DNA from: Clostridia bacterium
GTDB lineage: Bacteria > Bacillota > Clostridia > TANB77 > CAG-508
Direction: 5' to 3'
Length of the DNA stretch: 32,000 nt
Assembly: GCA_017528375.1 (NCBI GenBank)
Contig: JAFXOY010000041.1
Location: forward strand, 22,480-54,479
Shown here in pieces: positions 9,420 through 15,396 of this stretch (positions are counted from its first letter, which is position 1; each line of letters starts with the position of its first letter). The translations under genes were made by a program, and so were the position numbers. The notes beneath the pieces are model-generated. The model was not told the origin of the DNA. It worked only from the letters and a program-made list of their open reading frames with translations, and made no database searches.

Positions 9420-11000
9420 TTATTCAATTCCCAAATATTCATTATATCCAACTTCTCTATCAACCAATCCATCTTTCTTAATATCAATGATTCTATTAGC
9501 AACAGTTTGCATCAATTGATGGTCATGTGAAGTAAAAATCATATTTCCAGGGAACTTAATCATTCCATTATTTAAAGCAGTAATACTTTCCATATCTAAA
9601 TGGTTTGTTGGTTCGTCAAAAGTTAAGAAATTAGCTCCTGAAAGCATAACTTTAGCAAGAACGCATCTTACTTTTTCTCCACCAGAAAGAACTTTAACAT
9701 TCTTTAAAGCTTCTTCGCCAGAGAAAAGCATTCTACCTAAAAAGCTTCTTACATAAGTTTCATCAGGATCTTTTGAATACTTACGTAACCAATCTGTAAT
9801 ACTTTCATCTGTATCGAATAAATAATTGTTATCTTTAGGAAAATAACTACTTGTAATAGTTGTACCCCAAACTAATTCACCTTCATCTGGCTGAAGTTCG
9901 CCAGCAATAATTTGGAATAAAACAGTTTTAGCAATTTCATTATCAGCAAGCAAAGCAATTTTATCACCTTGTTTTACAGTAAATGAAACATTATCTAAAA
10001 GTTTTTCACCATTAACTGTTTTAGAAATATTTTTAACTTGTAAGATATCTTTACCAGGCTCTCTATCAGGTTTAAAGTCAATATATGGATATTTTCTGTT
10101 TGAAGGTTTGATTTCATCTAATTCAATTTTTTCCAAAGATTTCTTTCTAGATGTAGCTTGTTTAGATTTTGAAGCATTAGCACTAAATCTAGCAATAAAT
10201 TCTTGCAATTCCTTAATTTTTTCTTCTTTCTTTTTATTAGATTCTTTTGCTTGTTTTAAAGCTAATTGGCTTGATTCATACCAGAAATCATAGTTTCCAG
10301 GATAAATTTTAATTTTACCAAAGTCAACATCAGCAATATGTGTACAAACTTTGTTTAAGAAATATCTATCATGTGATACAACAATTACAGTATTTTCAAA
10401 ATTAATTAAAAATTCTTCTAACCATGAAATTGTTTTTAAATCTAAATCGTTTGTAGGCTCGTCAAGTAATAAAATATCAGGGTTTCCAAACAATGCTTGA
10501 GCAAGTAAAACTTTAACTTTTTCTTTAGCTTCCAATTCACTCATTAATTTGTAATGATTTTCAGTATCAATTCTTAAATTGTTAAGTAATTGAGCAGCAT
10601 CAGACTCAGCATTCCATCCGTCAAGCTCAGCAAATTTTTCCTCTAATTTAGCAGCCTTCATACCATCTTCTTCAGAAAAATCAGGCTTAGCATAAATTTC
10701 ATTTTTCTCTTTCATAATATTATATAATTCTTGATTTCCCATAATAACTGTATCTAAAACAGAATATTCTTCAAAAGCAAAGTGATCTTGTTTCAAAACA
10801 GATAATCTTTCTGTTTTTTCTTTAGTAACTTCACCTTTACTTGGTTCTAACTCTCCTGAAAGAACCTTTAAGAATGTTGATTTGCCAGCACCATTAGCAC
10901 CAATAATTCCATAACAACATCCTTTATTAAATTTAATATTTACATCTTCAAATAAAGTTCTTTTTCCGAACCTTACTGTTACACCGATTGCATTTAACAT
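9420..11000 (-). CDS. ABC-F family ATPase (soluble tandem-NBD, YbiT/YkpA-like translation factor type)
   Basis: I moved the start from ORF-track 11045 to ATG 11000-10998 (MLNAIGVTV...) because GGAGG (11012-11008) lies 7 nt upstream. NBD1 has Walker A GANGAGKST and Walker B ILLLDEPTNDLD. NBD2 has signature LSGGEKVR, Walker B FLTFDEPTNHLD and H-loop FTSHD. The inter-domain linker FIARFSANASKSKQATSRKK is typical of ABC-F proteins. There are no TM segments. Confidence 0.9.
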   Translation of the reverse strand: MLNAIGVTVRFGKRTLFEDVNIKFNKGCCYGIIGANGAGKSTFLKVLSGELEPSKGEVTKEKTERLSVLKQDHFAFEEYSVLDTVIMGNQELYNIMKEKNEIYAKPDFSEEDGMKAAKLEEKFAELDGWNAESDAAQLLNNLRIDTENHYKLMSELEAKEKVKVLLAQALFGNPDILLLDEPTNDLDLKTISWLEEFLINFENTVIVVSHDRYFLNKVCTHIADVDFGKIKIYPGNYDFWYESSQLALKQAKESNKKKEEKIKELQEFIARFSANASKSKQATSRKKSLEKIELDEIKPSNRKYPYIDFKPDREPGKDILQVKNISKTVNGEKLLDNVSFTVKQGDKIALLADNEIAKTVLFQIIAGELQPDEGELVWGTTITSSYFPKDNNYLFDTDESITDWLRKYSKDPDETYVRSFLGRMLFSGEEALKNVKVLSGGEKVRCVLAKVMLSGANFLTFDEPTNHLDMESITALNNGMIKFPGNMIFTSHDHQLMQTVANRIIDIKKDGLVDREVGYNEYLGIE

Positions 11001-11012
11001 TTTTGTTCCTCC

Positions 11013-11130
11013 TTGCACAATTGGGGACGCGTCCCGACTGTGCAAAATGCACAGTCAGGGACACGTCAGCAATCTAACCCGTCCCTAGCTGTGCAAAATG
11101 CACAGCGGGGACGCGTCCCCAGTTGTGCAA
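11013..11130. repeat. GC-rich composite palindromic element (GGGAC-repeat family, locus B): two ~50-bp inverted arms around an 18-bp spacer
   Basis: Left arm 11013-11062: TTGCACAATTGGGGACGCGTCCCGACTGTGCAAAATGCACAGTCAGGGAC. The reverse complement of the right arm (11081-11130) is TTGCACAACTGGGGACGCGTCCCCGCTGTGCATTTTGCACAGCTAGGGAC. I count about 41 of 50 matching positions. Each arm contains the sub-palindromes GGGGACGCGTCCC(C) and CTGTGCAAAATGCACAG. Confidence 0.85.
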
Positions 11131-11131
11131 T

Positions 11132-11160
11132 ATTATACATTAGAATTTGCAATTTGTCCA
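11132..11160 (-). promoter_or_regulatory. Candidate sigma-A promoter for the ABC-F gene
   Basis: On the minus strand, TGGACA (11160-11155) is followed by a 17-nt spacer and TATAAT (11137-11132). The predicted leader of ~125 nt would contain the locus B palindromic element. Confidence 0.4.
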
Positions 11161-11211
11161 CTATAAAACTTGCATATAAAGAAAAATTTTGAAAAATCTG
11201 CCAATTTTGTA

Positions 11212-11240
11212 TTGACATAGTCAAAATATTATGGTATTAT
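11212..11240 (+). promoter_or_regulatory. Promoter of tRNA-Arg (extended -10 type)
   Basis: TTGACA (11212-11217), a 17-nt spacer, then TGg-TATTAT (TG at 11232-11233, -10 at 11235-11240). The tRNA 5' end lies 13 nt downstream of the -10. Confidence 0.6.
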
Positions 11241-11252
11241 AATCGTTGTCAT

Positions 11253-11329
11253 GGGTCAGTAGCTCAGTTGGATAGAGCATCGGCCTTCTAAGCCGAGGGT
11301 CGGGGGTTCGAATCCCTCCTGGCTCACCA
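11253..11329 (+). tRNA. tRNA-Arg: tRNA-Arg, anticodon TCT (reads AGA), encoded CCA end
   Basis: The 77-nt cloverleaf folds by hand. Acceptor GGGTCAG/CTGGCTC has two G-U pairs. The D arm is TAGCTCAGTTGGATAGAGC. The anticodon stem is TCGGC/GCCGA with loop CT-TCT-AA. The T arm is GGGGGTTCGAATCCCTC. Discriminator A is followed by CCA at 11327-11329. Confidence 0.93.
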
Positions 11330-11364
11330 TAAAGTTATACGTTTTCGTATAACTTTATTTTTTT
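11330..11364 (+). terminator. Rho-independent terminator after tRNA-Arg
   Basis: The stem AAAGTTATACG (11331-11341) pairs perfectly over 11 bp with CGTATAACTTT (11346-11356), with loop TTTT. A run of 7 T follows at 11358-11364. Confidence 0.75.
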
Positions 11365-11391
11365 GACAAAAATACAATTAGATGATATTAT
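11363..11391 (+). promoter_or_regulatory. Promoter of first small membrane-protein gene (extended -10 type)
   Basis: TTGACA (11363-11368), a 17-nt spacer, then TGa-TATTAT (TG at 11383-11384, -10 at 11386-11391). Confidence 0.55.
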
Positions 11392-11443
11392 GTAACTGTG
11401 AAAACATTCACACCTTTCCACTTTGCTAAAAGGGGGAATATAT

Positions 11444-12028
11444 ATGTTGTTACTAATAGTTTTGATGGCCTTCGTTTGCGTTACAATCAAAGTTTTAGGC
11501 ATTCCTATAGTATTAGATTTCGCACAATTCGTAATATTTGTTTTTATTGGACTTATTATTTCTGGAACAATAAATCTAATTTTTAAACGGAAAACCAAAC
11601 AAATTATGATGTCACGAAAAGATATAGAGCTTAAAGATGGTAATAACTACGAAGATGATTTCCTATTTATTTTTACGGCAACAGATATACTAAACGGTTT
11701 AGCAATGCTTTCATGGCTGCTGTATGGAATATTCGCATGCATTTTTATGTATAGTGTTTCCATATTTGCAGAATACAAACCAATATGCATTTTGATACCA
11801 GCACTTTTGGTTATTGTAATTGAACTAATATTATTTATTAGCTGCTATTACTCAACCAAGAAAAATCTTGAACATACTATATCATTAATGATGTATATTG
11901 AAGCTTCGTGCGTCAATAAGTTAATTTTATTAGCTGCAATATTCGGATTTGTAGTACTCTGGTTTAGCATTATATTCATATTGGTTTGTCTGGTAATAAT
12001 CAGCTTTGGAAGCAAACTCGGTGGATAA
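11444..12028 (+). CDS. Small polytopic membrane protein (about 6 predicted TM helices), function unknown
   Basis: I chose ATG 11444 (MLLLIVLMAF...) over the ORF-track TTG at 11423 because GGGGGA (11432-11437) precedes it. The protein is almost entirely hydrophobic helices, with one charged loop (KRKTKQIMMSRKDIELKDGNNYEDD). Confidence 0.75.
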   Translation: MLLLIVLMAFVCVTIKVLGIPIVLDFAQFVIFVFIGLIISGTINLIFKRKTKQIMMSRKDIELKDGNNYEDDFLFIFTATDILNGLAMLSWLLYGIFACIFMYSVSIFAEYKPICILIPALLVIVIELILFISCYYSTKKNLEHTISLMMYIEASCVNKLILLAAIFGFVVLWFSIIFILVCLVIISFGSKLGG

Positions 12029-12065
12029 CAAAAGGCTCTGTAATAGAGCCTTTTGTTTATTTTTG
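12027..12065 (+). terminator. Rho-independent terminator
   Basis: There is a 13-bp perfect stem (12027-12039 AACAAAAGGCTCT with 12045-12057 AGAGCCTTTTGTT) and a loop GTAAT. TATTTTTG follows. Confidence 0.8.
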
Positions 12066-12087
12066 AATGATGATTGGAGACAATTTA

Positions 12088-12123
12088 GTACGCGTCCCAA
12101 AATTGTCCCATCCCTAACCCGCC
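12088..12123. repeat. Degenerate copy of the GGGAC-repeat family (locus C)
   Basis: The sequence is GTACGCGTCCCAAAATTGTCCCATCCCTAACCCGCC. It carries ACGCGTCCC and GTCCCA cores, and CTAACCCG resembles TCTAACCCGTCCC in locus B. It is a GC-rich patch in an AT-rich spacer. Confidence 0.45.
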
Positions 12124-12128
12124 AAACC

Positions 12129-12157
12129 TTGACAAAATCAGCAAAAAATGATATAAT
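12129..12157 (+). promoter_or_regulatory. Consensus sigma-A promoter of second small membrane-protein gene
   Basis: TTGACA (12129-12134), a 17-nt spacer, then TGa-TATAAT (TG at 12149-12150, -10 at 12152-12157). All elements match consensus. Confidence 0.65.
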
Positions 12158-12210
12158 AACGCCATAATAAACGTTAAATCACCATAACCTTTAGTAAGGG
12201 AGTGAAATGT

Positions 12211-12750
12211 ATGCTAGCAATGTTGTTCATTGTAATAGTTTCGTACCTACTGAAATTGGCACATTTGGAAATATCCATAAAGTTCTTACCTGCAATTATG
12301 ATGATAGGAATATTATCTGTTCTATTGTTAATAGTTTCTTGTATAACACATAAATCATTAATTACTTCAAAAGAAGAAAATGGAGAGTATTTATGTGCAT
12401 TGGAAGAACCAGGAGTGATAGTATTTGGAGTTATTTATTCATGTATAGCAACTGCTTTAATGTGTATAATGCTTGCATTCATGAATAGCGAAATTTCAAT
12501 GATTATTCCAATAACAATATCAATGATAATTATGGCAATAATGGATATTATAGGTATAGCAGTATTTTTCCATTCATATACATATGATCTAAAAGAATCT
12601 ATAAAAGATTCATTAGTTCATCAAATGGAATTAGTACAATACGCTCTACTTTTAATGATCGCAGTTGCCTTTGCAGTAAGGTTTACATTACTTGGAGGAT
12701 TAATACTGATGTATGTAATCATCAGAATTGCAATACTTTTCCGGAGGTAG
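12211..12750 (+). CDS. Small polytopic membrane protein, distant paralog of 11444-12028
   Basis: I prefer ATG 12211 (MLAMLFIV...) to GTG 12202 because AAGGGAG (12196-12202) sits 8 nt upstream. It has the same size class and helix/loop layout as the preceding gene (2 TM, a charged loop with KEENGEY versus KDGNNYEDD, then 3-4 TM). The stop is TAG. Confidence 0.75.
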   Translation: MLAMLFIVIVSYLLKLAHLEISIKFLPAIMMIGILSVLLLIVSCITHKSLITSKEENGEYLCALEEPGVIVFGVIYSCIATALMCIMLAFMNSEISMIIPITISMIIMAIMDIIGIAVFFHSYTYDLKESIKDSLVHQMELVQYALLLMIAVAFAVRFTLLGGLILMYVIIRIAILFRR

Positions 12751-12779
12751 TCAATTTCGAAACAAAAGCCCAAACCAAA

Positions 12780-12816
12780 ATGGTGATGATTTAACAATTA
12801 TCACCATATTTTTATT
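12780..12816 (+). terminator. Weak candidate terminator
   Basis: An 8-bp stem ATGGTGAT (12780-12787) pairs with ATCACCAT (12800-12807) across a 12-nt loop, followed by ATTTTTATT. The long loop makes this uncertain. Confidence 0.3.
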
Positions 12817-13043
12817 GAAAAAAATATGTGAAAATAATAAATGAATTTAATAAATTTTGTTAAAATTTTGTAACAAAACGATAAAACGTTGAAGCCCTAA
12901 GGAAAAACGCAAAAAACTGAAGATAATATAAATAAGATTTTCTAAAACTTTTATTTCCGTAAGTTTTTGGAAAAAGTGCAAAAAAATAAAATATTACATT
13001 TATATTAAATTTAGTAAAATGTGTATTTTCAAGGCTTTTTTTG

Positions 13044-13072
13044 TTGAAAAAACATATTATTTAAATTATAAT
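13044..13072 (+). promoter_or_regulatory. Candidate promoter of the T4SS-like operon
   Basis: TTGAAA (13044-13049), a 17-nt spacer, then TATAAT (13067-13072), about 37 nt upstream of ATG 13109. It lies at the end of a 358-bp AT-rich intergenic region. Confidence 0.55.
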
Positions 13073-13108
13073 ATAAGAAGATTGTATAAAGAATGTGAGG
13101 AGAAAATT

Positions 13109-13690
13109 ATGAGAGAAAAGAGATTAAGAAAAATTACTAAAACAATATTTGCTGTTGTAGCAATTTTAATTGCTTTCCAAGTAACAAGCACAAAAGTTTT
13201 TGCTGCAAATGCTAAAACAATTCAAAACGCAGAAAACACAACAGACAAAGCAATAGTAAGACTTGCAGACAACGAGCAAAATGAAGGACAATCAGAAAAG
13301 AAAGCACTAAAAAAATCTGAAAGAAAAGGCGTTGGAGATATTTTAAAAGCAGCAACAACATGGATAAACGGAGCTGAAAAAACTGAAAACACAGAAGTTG
13401 ATGATTTTGTAAACCAATTCGTAGGAATAGGACAATTACTTGTAATAGCAGGTGTTATCGTTATATTAATAACAATTGGAATCACAGGAATTAGATGGAT
13501 TACAGCTTCTCCAGACAAACAAGCTAAATTAAAAGAACAACTAATTGGTCTAGTAATTGCAACTGTTGTAATATTTGGTGCAGTTGGAATTTGGAACTTA
13601 GTAAGAGGAATTATGATGAAAGTTGAAGACGATTATTTAACAACAGGTAACTCAGAAACAATCATAGTTGCAGACAATCAAATTAAATAA
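13109..13690 (+). CDS. TrbC/VirB2-like pilin-type small membrane protein (signal peptide plus two C-terminal TM helices)
   Basis: I chose ATG 13109 (MREKRLRKITK...), with GAGGAG 6 nt upstream, over ORF-track 13019, which would include the promoter. A signal peptide ends ...STKVFA|ANAK. Next come a hydrophilic E/K-rich segment and a hairpin of two TM helices (IGQLLVIAGVIVILITIGITGI ... LIGLVIATVVIFGAVGIWNLV) joined by a short basic loop. It is the first gene of the T4SS-like operon. Confidence 0.6.
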   Translation: MREKRLRKITKTIFAVVAILIAFQVTSTKVFAANAKTIQNAENTTDKAIVRLADNEQNEGQSEKKALKKSERKGVGDILKAATTWINGAEKTENTEVDDFVNQFVGIGQLLVIAGVIVILITIGITGIRWITASPDKQAKLKEQLIGLVIATVVIFGAVGIWNLVRGIMMKVEDDYLTTGNSETIIVADNQIK

Positions 13691-13738
13691 AAATCGAAAA
13701 GTATAGATTCAAAAATTTATCACAAAGGAGGAATAATA

Positions 13739-14074
13739 ATGGCTACACATTACATCCCAAAAGACTTAAGAGGTGAAGGAAGAATATTATTAATATTCTC
13801 AACTAAGTCATTAATAACAACAGCAATATTTGGTGGTATTGGAGTTGTATTTTACTTAATATTCAGCGCTTTAGGATTAAAAATTGTTGGAGTAATTGTC
13901 TTAGCACTGTTAGCATTATTAGGGTATGCTTTTGGAACCTTCAAAATGCCAAAAATAACAGGACTTAGATTTACTAAAAATATTGAAGGAGATTCAATGG
14001 ATGAAATATTTTTAAGATATATAAAATTTAGATCAAACAAGAAGATTTACTCATACACAAAGGAGGATAAATAA
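13739..14074 (+). CDS. PrgI family / VirB3-like small membrane protein
   Basis: AAGGAGG lies 8 nt upstream. The N-terminus MATHYIPKDLRGEGRILLIFSTKSL is followed by two TM helices and a basic tail FLRYIKFRSNKKIYSY. This matches the PrgI-family pattern as I remember it. It sits just upstream of the VirB4 region, as in Gram-positive T4SSs. Confidence 0.75.
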   Translation: MATHYIPKDLRGEGRILLIFSTKSLITTAIFGGIGVVFYLIFSALGLKIVGVIVLALLALLGYAFGTFKMPKITGLRFTKNIEGDSMDEIFLRYIKFRSNKKIYSYTKEDK

Positions 14075-15358
14075 ATGGGAAACGGATTACAAGGTATAAT
14101 TTATTTTATAATTGCAATATGTGTTATTCTTGCCATAGCATTAGCAATAGTTCTAGCATATATCTGGTACAAAGATAATCGTAAAAAGCAAGAATTAAAT
14201 GATACACAAAAATCAGATAAAAATAAATCAAATTCACCTACAAAGCTACAAGGAATTGAATCAATGTCTAAGTTCTTAGCCTTTGATGATATTGTAGATA
14301 GCATGATTGTTAGAAAAAATAGAACTCAATATGTAATGGTAATTCAATGTAAAGGTGTTAACTTCGATTTATTAGGGGAAGAAGAAAAAATGGCTGTAGA
14401 AAGTGGATTTACTCAATTCTTAAATACATTAAGATTTCCAGTACAGTTATATGTTCAATCAAGAAGCTTAAACTTAAAAGATAGCATAGATAAATATCAA
14501 GCAAGAGTTAATGAAGTTAAAGACGAAATAGTAAAATTAGATAATCAAATAAAAAGAGAACAAGCAAATGGAAGATTAGACTTAGTAAGAAGATTACAAT
14601 TTGACAGAAGAAGAAAAATGAACATTTTAGAATATGGAGCTGATATTACAAACTATGTAGCAAGATTAAGTCAAAACAGAAATGTTTTACAACAAAATAC
14701 TTATGTGGCAGTTGCTTACTACACAAATGAATTCGGTGGACAAATTGCAAACTACTCAAAAGAAGAAATTGATAACATAGCGTTTTCTGAGTTATATACA
14801 AGAGCACAAACATTAATTAGAGCTTTATCTGCATCAGGAGTTACAGGTAAGGTTATGAATTCAGAAGAGTTAGCAGAACTTCTTTATGTTGCATATAACA
14901 GAGATGATTCTGAATTAATAAGTGTTAAAAAAGCAATCGAGTCTCAATATGATAGCTTATACCACACAGCTAAAGATGTATTAGAAAAACAAAAAGAAAT
15001 GATTGAAGAAAAAGTAGATAAAGAAGCAATTGATTTAACATCACAAAGCATTGCAAAAGCTGATAGAATTTTAAAATTAAGACAAGAAAACAAAGAAGAA
15101 ATTCGTAGAAGAGCAATGGCTTATGTTGAAAGATATAAAGGTGAAATGACTAGTGACCTTTATGAAGAAACAAAAAGACAAGTAGAAAAAGCAAAAATAG
15201 GTGAAGAACCAAGAAAAGAAACCAAAATTACTAAGCCAACTAAAGAAGTAGAAAGAAAAACAGTAGCTAAAAAGAGACCTACAGCAGTACAAGCAGAGTC
15301 AGAAATAAGAACAGAACAACCAAGAGTACGACGCAGAAGACCAACAGTAACGGAATAA
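14075..15358 (+). CDS. Bitopic membrane protein with a long charged/coiled-coil C-terminus; T4SS-associated, function unknown
   Basis: The ATG directly follows the upstream TAA, and the AGGAGG lies inside the upstream gene end. It has one N-terminal TM (IIYFIIAICVILAIALAIVLAYIW). It has no Walker A. The tail is K/E/R-rich and ends RTEQPRVRRRRPTVTE. Confidence 0.7.
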   Translation: MGNGLQGIIYFIIAICVILAIALAIVLAYIWYKDNRKKQELNDTQKSDKNKSNSPTKLQGIESMSKFLAFDDIVDSMIVRKNRTQYVMVIQCKGVNFDLLGEEEKMAVESGFTQFLNTLRFPVQLYVQSRSLNLKDSIDKYQARVNEVKDEIVKLDNQIKREQANGRLDLVRRLQFDRRRKMNILEYGADITNYVARLSQNRNVLQQNTYVAVAYYTNEFGGQIANYSKEEIDNIAFSELYTRAQTLIRALSASGVTGKVMNSEELAELLYVAYNRDDSELISVKKAIESQYDSLYHTAKDVLEKQKEMIEEKVDKEAIDLTSQSIAKADRILKLRQENKEEIRRRAMAYVERYKGEMTSDLYEETKRQVEKAKIGEEPRKETKITKPTKEVERKTVAKKRPTAVQAESEIRTEQPRVRRRRPTVTE

Positions 15359-15396
15359 ATTGTTCTAGAAAGACAAAATGAGAGGAGAAAAGGTCG

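Noticed and set aside
9339-9530. 63-aa plus-strand ORF across the intergenic palindrome and the ABC-F 3' end
   Set aside because: It is made of the repeat element plus antisense ABC-F sequence, and it has no RBS. The similar peptide fragment in the antisense ORF 18178-18759 (TKQDRP) simply reflects the repeated DNA.
11001-11045. 15-codon N-terminal extension of ABC-F in the ORF track (MHSRDASPIVQGGTK)
   Set aside because: The extension is a translation of the GC-rich repeat element. The internal ATG at 11000 has a perfect GGAGG at 7-nt spacing and gives the canonical ABC-F N-terminus.
11335-11598. ORFs 11335-11598 (minus) and 11398-11586 (plus), and the TTG start at 11423
   Set aside because: They overlap the tRNA terminator, the promoter and the membrane-protein gene. 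Only ATG 11444 has an RBS and yields a coherent TM protein.
12901-12986. Imperfect direct repeat GGAAAAACGCAAAAAA / GGAAAAAGTGCAAAAAA, and a 7-bp inverted repeat AAAACTT/AAGTTTT, upstream of the T4SS-like operon
   Set aside because: These are A-rich, low-complexity matches in a 358-bp AT-rich spacer and could easily arise by chance. They may be operator sites, but the sequence alone gives no support.
13019-13108. 30-codon upstream extension of the VirB2-like ORF
   Set aside because: It would contain the TTGAAA-17-TATAAT promoter and has no RBS. ATG 13109 has GAGGAG upstream and starts a typical signal peptide.
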